Position numbers and translations under genes: made by a program. A stretch of DNA of 63,788 nt, filler included, from Octopus bimaculoides (lineage: Eukaryota): assembly GCF_001194135.2 (NCBI RefSeq). It is 7 parts of 7 records of this genome, joined end to end, with 100 filler letters (N's around TTAATTAATTAA, not from the genome) between each part and the next. Parts side by side here need not be neighbours in the genome. Positions count along the whole stretch, not along the records: positions 10,238 to 17,322 come from NC_068989.1; positions 17,423 to 28,170 come from NC_068990.1; 5 more parts are not named here. The stretch is one strand, 5' to 3'. Below the pieces are notes generated by a model. It was not told the DNA's origin. It did not search any database and saw only the letters and a list, made by a program, of their open reading frames with translations. This document shows positions 11,192 to 20,706 of this stretch, piece after piece. Position 1 is the stretch's first letter. Each line of letters begins with the position of its first letter.

Positions 11192-12136
11192 NNNNNNNNN
11201 NNNNNNNNNNNNNNNNNNNNNNNNNNNNNNNNNNNNNNNNNNNNNNNNNNNNNNNNNNNNNNNNNNNNNNNNNNNNNNNNNNNNNNNNNNNNNNNNNNNN
11301 NNNNNNNNNNNNNNNNNNNNNNNNNNNNNNNNNNNNNNNNNNNNNNNNNNNNNNNNNNNNNNNNNNNNNNNNNNNNNNNNNNNNNNNNNNNNNNNNNNNN
11401 NNNNNNNNNNNNNNNNNNNNNNNNNNNNNNNNNNNNNNNNNNNNNNNNNNNNNNNNNNNNNNNNNNNNNNNNNNNNNNNNNNNNNNNNNNNNNNNNNNNN
11501 NNNNNNNNNNNNNNNNNNNNNNNNNNNNNNNNNNNNNNNNNNNNNNNNNNNNNNNNNNNNNNNNNNNNNNNNNNNNNNNNNNNNNNNNNNNNNNNNNNNN
11601 NNNNNNNNNNNNNNNNNNNNNNNNNNNNNNNNNNNNNNNNNNNNNNNNNNNNNNNNNNNNNNNNNNNNNNNNNNNNNNNNNNNNNNNNNNNNNNNNNNNN
11701 NNNNNNNNNNNNNNNNNNNNNNNNNNNNNNNNNNNNNNNNNNNNNNNNNNNNNNNNNNNNNNNNNNNNNNNNNNNNNNNNNNNNNNNNNNNNNNNNNNNN
11801 NNNNNNNNNNNNNNNNNNNNNNNNNNNNNNNNNNNNNNNNNNNNNNNNNNNNNNNNNNNNNNNNNNNNNNNNNNNNNNNNNNNNNNNNNNNNNNNNNNNN
11901 NNNNNNNNNNNNNNNNNNNNNNNNNNNNNNNNNNNNNNNNNNNNNNNNNNNNNNNNNNNNNNNNNNNNNNNNNNNNNNNNNNNNNNNNNNNNNNNNNNNN
12001 NNNNNNNNNNNNNNNNNNNNNNNNNNNNNNNNNNNNNNNNNNNNNNNNNNNNNNNNNNNNNNNNNNNNNNNNNNNNNNNNNNNNNNNNNNNNNNNNNNNN
12101 NNNNNNNNNNNNNNNNNNNNNNNNNNNNNNNNNNNN

Positions 12137-12553
12137 NTATCGCTGAAGATTTGGGTATGAGACGCGTGTCTGCCAAGTTTGTGCCAAAACTGCTTTCAGC
12201 TCACCAAAAGTAGATTCGGGTTTCAGTTGCACAATATCTCCTTGATTGTATCGAGAACGATGAAAACTTTTTGAAAACGTTGTGTAAGCGTCTGAGCAGG
12301 TATCGTCAAGTTTTTGACAAAAGTTGATGCAGATTCTCTGCTCAACTTTCTCTTTGATGGTCAAATGCGATGATCACACGCTACACACTTTCCTTCCAAG
12401 CACTGCTGTAAACAGCGGAAGTGAGCTGGAACATTAATAATTAATGCACATCCACAGTGGAATTCAAGATCAATCTGTGCCAAGTGGCTTTACTCTGTAT
12501 GGTTTAGCTTCGTTACTATAGCAACAGTCCGGATATTTATTGATCAGACCACG
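12137..12553. mobile_element. Mariner transposon relic with its two halves in opposite orientation
   Basis: Plus 12137-12279: IAEDLGMRRVSAKFVPKLL..ENDENFLK. Minus 12364-12280: MTIKEKVEQRICINFCQKL. Mariner-type TIR TACGTGGTCTGATCAATAAATATCCGGACTG on the minus strand, ending at TA 12554-12555. Confidence 0.85.
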
Positions 12554-12736
12554 TACATTCATACATACAGGTATATNNNNNNNNNNNNNNNNNNNNNNNN
12601 NNNNNNNNNNNNNNNNNNNNNNNNNNNNNNNNNNNNNNNNNNNNNNNNNNNNNNNNNNNNNNNNNNNNNNNNNNNNNNNNNNNNNNNNNNNNNNNNNNNN
12701 NNNNNNNNNNNNNNNNNNNNNNNNNNNNNNNNNNNN

Positions 12737-12821
12737 GCCTTCATCTCTAATAAGTATAGATGCAGATGTGCTACCTGAGATTAATTTTGAAGATCTGATC
12801 AAAGACTTTGCGATTCAAAAA
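12737..12821 (+). mobile_element. hAT transposase C-terminal fragment
   Basis: Encodes SLISIDADVLPEINFEDLIKDFAIQK. Its last 25 bp are the exact reverse complement of 11167-11191. Confidence 0.7.
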
Positions 12822-13045
12822 TTTGACATCGCTGCCCTAAACTGTGTCTCATTTCGAGCCATTGGTTCGTCTGGTATCGTGGAGAGGAAAGCGTCGAGTT
12901 TTGTCTTGAAGGCCTCCACATCCGTGTCTTGCAGGTCTCTCAAATGTTTTGGCAGGGCATTAAAGAGCTGAGGTCCTCTGAAACCGAAGCTGCTGCAGTA
13001 TCTTGTTCTTATGTGAGAGGCAGTGGACGGCACTAATAGTATATA
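12822..13045 (-). mobile_element. CR1/L2-group LINE ORF2 C-terminal fragment
   Basis: SFGFRGPQLFNALPKHLRDLQDTDVEAFKTKLDAFLSTIPDEP..RAAMSN matches the typical CR1-group ORF2 terminus (GP.LFN.LP...F K..LD..L..IPDEP). Confidence 0.75.
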
Positions 13046-13109
13046 TACATATACTATTAAACCTTGGGAGAGGCATTATGCCGGTAATAAACACACGCAC
13101 TGGTTCGGT

Positions 13110-14170
13110 CCTTTATTTATTTTTATAAACAGTAATTTATTTATTTATTTATTTATTTATTTATTGTTAAATCATTTCATTGCACTCTTGCAATGTCTTC
13201 AGTAACCCGTCTCTCCACTTCCATTTATTTTGAATGTATAATTCGGCGTTGGTTTGAAATTGTCCGGTATGAGCATGTGAGTGTGTGCACGCTCATGTGT
13301 GTGCGTGCTTATATGTAAGCATGTGCGTCCATATGTGCGTTTGTTAAATTTCATTCATATCAGATAAGATAGAGACTTTGGACTTGATTTTGGTTTTCTC
13401 TCTGTTATTTTCTGTTTTCGTCGTAAATGCATCTGTTCATTTTCACGTTCACGTTCTGTATTTTATGTGTGAACAACATCCGCAACCATGGGTAATAATT
13501 GTAAGGCTTTTATCTACGTGTAATTGCTATTCAAAATTGGTCGTGTTTCAGTTATGAGGACTGACTCTTGTATTTGCCGTAACGATGCGTCATCGGGGTG
13601 TCTAGACAGGATTTCTATGCTAATCCGGTCCAGTACACCACCATGTTGTTCTTTGGCATGGTGGTAGAGCACCGAGGTTTGTTTGTGATTCTTGTAGTCC
13701 CTGCAATGTTCATTTACACGCTCGTTTCACCTATGTATGCCGTGTTTCCGTTTTTACAATCATCATTCTGGTTTTGCAGTTGATACCAGGACTATATTTG
13801 CACACAATGCAATTCTCTTCTACACACCTTGTCCTTCTGAAGGGGTATGTTTTGCATATTATCGACCTAATGGATCTCCCTGGTTTTTCTATGACATTTA
13901 TCTACAGATAACTGTATATATTTATGTAATTTTCACTTGTCTTGCCCGTATACGTTTTTGTTACTTCGTTAAATTTCCTTTGAGAACAATTCGGTCTTAG
14001 TAGACACATTACATGTGATCTTCTTCTAGCACATCAACAGTCCACCTATTAGTCTCCTTTATATATACATATACAACAATCCTTTGAGATCTCAGATATT
14101 TTTTCTGAATCTTCTTGATTCTTTTAATGTGCTTGTTCCCTGGTATTAAATTGATATTAATTAATATCCA
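13110..14170 (-). mobile_element. Penelope-like element 3' part (Cys linker, GIY-YIG endonuclease, pLTR-like UTR)
   Basis: Minus-strand reading EKPGRSIRSIICKTYPFRRTRCVEENCIVCK..NCKTR, then (frameshift) CKNGNTAYIGETS, then (frameshift) NEHCRDYKNHKQTSVLYHHAKEQHGG..RQIQESVLITETRPILN* (about 13900-13514). Ends in an (AATA)n tail. Confidence 0.85.
13166..13206 (-). ncRNA. Minimal type-I hammerhead ribozyme (Penelope-associated)
   Basis: Minus strand: GUUA-CUGAAGA-C-AUUGCA(AGAG)UGCAAU-GAAA-UGA-UU^UAAC. Intact core, 6-bp stem II, 4-bp stem I, 2-bp stem III. Confidence 0.7.
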
Positions 14171-14242
14171 TCTTTTTACCCTACTGTTTTATTTAATTTA
14201 TACATACATATATATATATATATATATAAATTAATATATACG

Positions 14243-14395
14243 GCTGGCTTCTTTCAGTTTCCACCTACCAAATCCATTCACAAGGCTTTGATGAATGCAT
14301 GGCTATAGTAGAAGACACATGCCCAGGGTGCTACGCAGTGGAACTGAACCCAGAACTACGTGGCTGGGAAGCAAGCTTCTTACCGCACAGCCAGT
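14243..14395 (-). mobile_element. SINE family A head
   Basis: Matches 137-294. Confidence 0.85.
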
Positions 14396-14804
14396 CTTGC
14401 TCCTACATATTAATATTTAATAACAATCTGACACTGCTCTGTACGAGTTAAAGTTTCGTGAGTGTGTAGTCAGTGTCCATCTCATCAGATATCAGAAAAC
14501 GTGCAATAGATTTACGTCATACGTAGACACGCTTATTCGTAGTACTTACAAGATAACAATTTCGCAATTTTACCGAAAGAAAGTAGCTTGTCCTTTGTAC
14601 AAAACAATTAATGAGAAGTCAATGAAAAGGTAAAAACCGAATAAGATTTCCAGTAAGAATGAAATGTACAGAAGCTGAACTAATGGGAAGAGACTCTGGA
14701 GAATAAAATCGAGCAAAGAATTGAAAGAGAGACATTATGTGTCTTCTTTATCTTCATATGAAATTACAGTTTCTATCTATTTCAATATCTTGATAGTTTC
14801 GTTT

Positions 14805-15046
14805 CAAAGTGTGTGCAAATGTCTCCGTGTGTGCATACGTGCATGCGTGTGTATACGTGTGTGTATGTGTATGTGTGTGTGAATGCATGTATACATGTGT
14901 GTGTGTATATATATATGTGTGTGTGTGTGTATGTATTAGGAGATAGATTGTTTGAAAGATGGTTATATATATATATATACAGTATGTATACATAATATAC
15001 ATGATTCATATGTATATTATATATATATGCATATATATATATACAT

Positions 15047-15094
<48 letters not shown>

Positions 15095-15273
15095 GTATGT
15101 ATGTATGTATGTATGTGTGTATGTATGTATGTATGTATGTATGTATGTATATCCACACACATACACACATCAATGATCGTTTCATGCAAAATGTTTGTTG
15201 CGTATATATAAAAGCAATAGACACAAAAATGAAAGATTACTCATGAGTTTAACGTATATACACACACGCACGT

Positions 15274-15343
<70 letters not shown>

Positions 15344-15375
15344 CTGTATGTATGTATGTATGTATGTATGTATGT
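14805..15375. repeat. Compound (TG)n/(TA)n/(TATG)n/(CA)n microsatellite block
   Basis: Direct reading. Confidence 0.9.
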
Positions 15376-15859
15376 CAGGTCACTTGTGAGGTCTCTCATG
15401 TGTGTTACTGTGATAACATGGACTCCAGTACAATCCGTTGACCGATCAGATCGTCGATGACTAGACTAGCACTGCCACCAGGCTTGCCTGGTGAGGAGGG
15501 TTGCTAGAAACCCAGCGGGACAATAAACAAGACCTTTCAAAAGGACAGATGGACCCAGTGTAAGTTAAACAATTATCTAACGCTCAGAAATTCTGGGTTG
15601 GTGTCCGGCGTGCTGGAAGACCAATGCGATCGAATGGAACGCCTCAATAAAAAATAAAAAGATAAAAATGAAACGCCTCAATAAAAAATAAAAATGAAAC
15701 GCTACTCTTCTACATCGATGTAGTCTGATGTGTTTTCTCTTCAATATAAAAATAATAAAATAACTATGAAAAAGCATTAAGGGAGATAATTTTCATTATT
15801 CAGGGGAGGTAACTTTAAAAAAGTTACCGCCCCTGAATAAAGTGAAACTGTCGATTTCA

Positions 15860-16040
15860 AATTTAGGCACAAGAAAAGCTATTTTGGGAGAGGAGAATAG
15901 TTAATCACATCGACCTCAGTACACAACTGGTATTTATTTCATCGATCCGAAGGAATGAAAGGCAAAGTCAACCTTGGCGGAAATTGAACTCAGAACGTAA
16001 AGACGGACGAAATACTTGCTAACGATTCTGCCAGCGCGCC
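15860..16040 (-). mobile_element. tRNA-derived SINE, family C
   Basis: Reverse complement of GGCGAGCTGGCAGAATCGTTAGCA..TACGTTCTGAGTTCAA.TTCCGCC.AGGT.GACTTTGCCTTTCATCC, as seen at 19580-19815. Confidence 0.8.
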
Positions 16041-16524
16041 CTTTTAAATAGAAATATATTTCTGATCTCAAATGTGTGTTGCGATAGCTGGGGCTGAGGT
16101 CAGTTCATATTCTGGGAAGAGAAGCAAAATTTTTCTTAAAACTATATTTTACATTTTAGAAAATANNNNNNNNNNNNNNNNNNNNNNNNNNNNNNNNNNN
16201 NNNNNNNNNNNNNNNNNNNNNNNNNNNNNNNNNNNNNNNNNNNNNNNNNNNNNNNNNNNNNNNNNNNNNNNNNNNNNNNNNNNNNNNNNNNNNNNNNNNN
16301 NNNNNNNNNNNNNNNNNNNNNNNNNNNNNNNNNNNNNNNNNNNNNNNNNNNNNNNNNNNNNNNNNNNNNNNNNNNNNNNNNNNNNNNNNNNNNNNNNNNN
16401 NNNNNNNNNNNNNNNNNNNNNNNNNNNNNNNNNNNNNNNNNNNNNNNNNNNNNNNNNNNNNNNNNNNNNNNNNNNNNNNNNNNNNNNNNNNNNNNNNNNN
16501 NNNNNNNNNNNNNNNNNNNTCAAC

Positions 16525-16825
16525 CCACTAAGATCCTCCATTTTCTATATGTATGGTAAGAAGTTTGCTTGCCAGCCACATGGTTCCGGATTCAGTCTTA
16601 AGCGGAGACCTGTTTTCCGCTATAACCTCGGATCGACTAAAGACTTGTGAGTAGATATATGTATTAGTGTGCCGTGTCCCCGTAACGAGCGGTTCGGCAA
16701 AAGAGACCGATAGAATAAGTACTAGGCTTACAAAGAATACGTCCTGGAGTCGATTTGTTCATGTAAAACCCTTCATGGGGGTGCTCCAGCATGGCCGCAG
16801 TCAAATGACTGATAGAAGTAAAAGA
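16525..16825 (+). mobile_element. SINE family A (head and tail, internally deleted)
   Basis: GGTAAGAAGTTTGCTTGCCAGCCACATGGTTCCGG..CCCGTAACGAGCGGTTCGGCAAAAGAGACCGATAGAATAAGTACTAGGC..GCATGGCCGCAGTCAAATGACTG. Confidence 0.85.
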
Positions 16826-17069
16826 ATGTGTTTATCGGTGGAATTGCCCAGGCGGGATCGAGGCGTTTACTGCGGGAATGCTTTGGAATCATCAGCCTGC
16901 TCAAAGGACGCTGACCTCGCACTAAACATGACCAACACCTACAAATTAGCCCAATCCGTTCTCCGTCTCAAAACTTTGACCAATGAGAAACAGATGTGAG
17001 ACACATCTCCCACTGGATGAGACGTCAGTAAATGGTTTAAAATGGGTGCAGCGTGTAACCACACGTCCT

Positions 17070-17250
17070 AAACTGCCTTTGTTTTCATAAGTTCTGAATT
17101 GAAATCTTCCACAAAACCTTAGTCACAATTTGTGCTCCTAAAACTAACTGAATGATAACTAAGTTATTTTACTAAATTCTTTGTTATGTTTAAAATTAAT
17201 TGAAAGAAATACAGAGCATCTCAACAGAAATACAGTAACGAAAGGGTTAA
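17070..17250. mobile_element. Possible piggyBac-type non-autonomous element end
   Basis: Ends in AACGAAAGGG|TTAA (GGG plus TTAA). The matching opposite end was not found. Confidence 0.35.
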
Positions 17251-17440
17251 AGCAGTTACACCAATTAATGGCTTGAAAATGGTTTCAAATAATTACACCA
17301 TTTTATTAATTAATTAAAAAGTNNNNNNNNNNNNNNNNNNNNNNNNNNNNNNNNNNNNNNNNNNNNTTAATTAATTAANNNNNNNNNNNNNNNNNNNNNN
17401 NNNNNNNNNNNNNNNNNNNNNNTCGCATTTAGTTTAGCCC

Positions 17441-17441
17441 A

Positions 17442-17507
<66 letters not shown>

Positions 17508-17524
17508 TATTATTATTATTATTA
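17441..17524. repeat. (ATT)n microsatellite
   Basis: Direct reading; source of the poly-L start of ORF 17474. Confidence 0.95.
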
Positions 17525-17529
17525 AGTTG

Positions 17530-18690
17530 TCACGTTAAGTTGTCACCGCCCCAGAAAGTATTGGAAGTGATTGGTGAGAAAACTACAGTGTACAAAGTGT
17601 ATTCTGTGGAAGAAAAGAAGATAGAAAATGTGGAAGCAGAAATAATAGAAAAGGCGTTGCGCTCCGTCTGGGAGGACATAACATATCTTGCTAGAAGAAG
17701 TAAATACGGAACAATTGTGGTCCATTGCAAGACTGAAGGAAAAGCAAAAGAACACGCTGTAATCACAGTAAAGTCGGATAAAGTGGTCCTTCTACCCACT
17801 TACCTTGGAAGAAGGACTTCCAGGATTAGGGTGGAGGGGATCCCACCGGAAATAGATGTGGCTTGGGTTGCGGCGGCTGTTATTCTAGGAAGTAAAGAAT
17901 AGCCATCCTCCAAGCCACAAAAACAGAAAATTCGGTATGGAAAGGCCAAACACTGGACCTAATCATATGGGGTACTGCAGAAACATTGGAAAATATGGTG
18001 GAAACGGTGACCATTGGAGACGTAGTGTTGAGAGTGTGAGTGGAGGGCAGAAACCCTTGTTGCTTTAAATGTGGCCAAAAAGGTCACATTAGAGCACACT
18101 GCCCTCTACTAAAGCAGAGAAGTCAGGAGGAAGCTGGAAAGGAACCGGAGAAGGTGCAACAGGAAGAAAAGAGAAACGAAGAACAGTGGATGGTAGCTGA
18201 AGGGAGAAAAAGGAAGAGGAAGAAAGGACAAAGTGAAGTAGAACCCCAAACCACATCCACCCCACCCATACCCTCTCAGACCCACCCTCCCCCGCAGACA
18301 TCATACCCACCCATTCCCCTCCTACACAAAGCAAAAGAAAAAAGAAAAACAAACTCACCAAAATATACAAAATTCCCCTCCCCTTAAAAATTGTTACGTC
18401 TGTATGAAGGTGGCAGGTGTAGACAGATAACTGCTTAATAAGACTACAAAATGGAAAACTGCAAGATTCGTTAATATCGAAGGATGGACTAATATAGTTG
18501 GATGGAACTCATGTGTTTTGGTGTCGGAAAACCAAAAGGAAGAAATATTGAAATTCAGGAAAGGTTACAAGTGTTGGAGGGTGATTGGGGGTTTCAAGAC
18601 GATACCGGACAATGTGGGATACGAAGAGCTAACAAAGAAATATAGACATTTTGAAGGACTCGGAATTCAAAAGATAAAAGGAAGCAAGTG
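17530..18690 (+). mobile_element. Decayed non-LTR ORF1/gag-like coding region (RRM-like region plus CCHC knuckle), no ORF2 adjacent
   Basis: GTIVVHCKTEGKAKE..LLPTYLGRRTSRIRVEGIPPEID (RRM-like), then CFKCGQKGHIRAHC (CX2CX4HX4C), a basic/Pro-rich linker, and a further about 80 open codons ending at 18690. Several stops and frameshifts. Confidence 0.65.
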
Positions 18691-19579
18691 ATGCTGCTTG
18701 AGGTGGGGGCAAGTAGCAGATTTTCATTATCATTTTCATTGTATCATTCATGTTATCATACGTTTAATTTTTATTTTCTTATTATTATTTAATTTTTCGT
18801 GCTTATATGTCCTCACATGTGTTTGTATTGTCCTCTCTTCGTTGGCCCCTTATGGGTAATAAAAAATCATCTCATTCTTCTCACGCTGAACGCCGAGCAA
18901 GACTTCGAAGCCAGGAGCTCACAGCGGACTTTTGTCCCGCTGTAATACCGCATGCATTGTCTCCAGAGGTTATTGAACCTCACGTGTATGGGAGAGAAGG
19001 CTAACTACGCACTGCTGTGAAGATGGTTACTGAAAGCAAACCCCTTGTACGAAGCACCCGTGAATAAACAGTTATTGAATTTACCCCGCCTGAGAACTTC
19101 ATTCTTCCTATTTCCAGCTCCTTGAATCAACAGAATAATTAAACAGAAAGGCGGCGAGCTGGCAGAATTAATTATAATTAATCATAATTAAGACGGCGGA
19201 CTGGCAGAATCGTTAGCACGTCGGGCGAAATGCTTAGCGGTATTTCCTCTGCTGTTGCGTTACGTTCTGAGTTCAAATTCCGCCGAGGTCGACTTTGCCT
19301 CTCATCCTTCGGTNNNNNNNNNNNNNNNNNNNNNNNNNNNNGCATGCATTGTCTCCAGAGGTTATTGAACCTCACGTGTATGGGAGAGAAGGCTAACTAC
19401 GCACTGCTGTGAAGATGGTTACTGAAAGCAAACCCCTTGTACGAAGCACCCGTGAATAAACAGTTATTGAATTTACCCCGCCTGAGAACTTCATTCTTCC
19501 TATTTCCAGCTCCTTGAATCAACAGAATAATTAAACAGAAAGGCGGCGAGCTGGCAGAATTAATTATAATTAATCATAA

Positions 19580-19815
19580 TTAAGACGGCGGACTGGCAGA
19601 ATCGTTAGCACGTCGGGCGAAATGCTTAGCGGTATTTCCTCTGCTGTTGCGTTACGTTCTGAGTTCAAATTCCGCCGAGGTCGACTTTGCCTCTCATCCT
19701 TCGGTTTCGATAAATTAAGTACCAGTTACGCACTGGGGTCGATGTAATCGATTTCATCCCTTTGTCTGTCCTTGTTTGTCCCCTCTATGTTTAGCCCCTT
19801 GTGGGCAATAAAGAA
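19580..19815 (+). mobile_element. tRNA-derived SINE family C, full length
   Basis: GGCGGACTGGCAGAATCGTTAGCACG..GTTCAAATTCCGCCGAGG..GGGGTCGATGTAATCG..GCCCCTTGTGGGCAATAAAGAAA. A partial duplicate lies at 19190-19313. Confidence 0.88.
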
Positions 19816-20270
19816 AAACTAATAATTATAATGAAAGAAGAAGATACCCCCAAAGTATCATAAAAACCTTCCTTCCATTATAAAACGGTGACCCCCAGCC
19901 TAAAAGGATTTTCAGCAGCCGAAAGTTTCTATCGTTGTTAAAATGACTCATCCGAACGAAGAACTTAGTTTCTAAATGCAGAAACGAGAGGACATATTTC
20001 AAGCAAGCCGGCCATCAACTTCGCAGACCGAGTTTGAATACGATAGTTTCGCAATCGTTACAATTCCTAAAAGAATGAGCTTCACACGTGGACAACTTCA
20101 CACTTTATCTTCCAGTTGTTGAATGTTGTAGATATTCCCACTAGCCAGTCGCTTCTCTGTGCTGCGCCTTGTGTCTTTCTATGTTCGGTACAAACTTATA
20201 CACACGAATGAACAGAAGAGAAGAACTGCAAATTCGTCTCCTGCTCGTTTTCCACCGAGGTACCACACTC

Positions 20271-20706
20271 TGTAGACGAAGTAAACAAACGACGCCATGT
20301 TGAGAAATGACGAAAACCGCTAGGAACGAGCCGGTAATCTTGTAATGACGAGATTGTTTTTCGCCGTTTGGTTTTCGCCATTTTTCCTGTTGAAGCCTAT
20401 AGGAATCGTTCCCGTCTACCGCCGTGTTCCGACGCTTCACTTGTTGTCAGNNNNNNNNNNNNNNNNNNNNNNNNNNNNNNNNNNNNNNNNNNNNNNNNNN
20501 NNNNNNNNNNNNNNNNNNNNNNNNNNNNNNNNNNNNNNNNNNNNNNNNNNNNNNNNNNNNNNNNNNNNNNNNNNNNNNNNNNNNNNNNNNNNNNNNNNNN
20601 NNNNNNNNNNNNNNNNNNNNNNNNNNNNNNNNNNNNNNNNNNNNNNNNNNNNNNNNNNNNNNNNNNAACAAAAAACGGAACAAATATTTTTTTTCAGCGG
20701 ACTACA
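20271..20706 (+). repeat. 5' LTR of the Gypsy element (contains a 216-bp gap)
   Basis: Starts TGTAG (20271) and ends CTACA (20706), a 5-bp terminal inverted repeat. Followed by PBS-like TGGCGAC at 20713-20719. Confidence 0.65.

Noticed and set aside
14455-14492. Minus-strand CTGATGA...CGAAAC resembling a hammerhead core
   Set aside because: Stem II does not pair beyond one base, there is no usable NUH/stem III, and stem I is absent.
18951-19704. 363-bp exact direct duplication (18951-19313 and 19342-19704)
   Set aside because: The copies appear identical and are separated only by a 28-N gap. This is the signature of unmerged overlapping contig ends, not biology.
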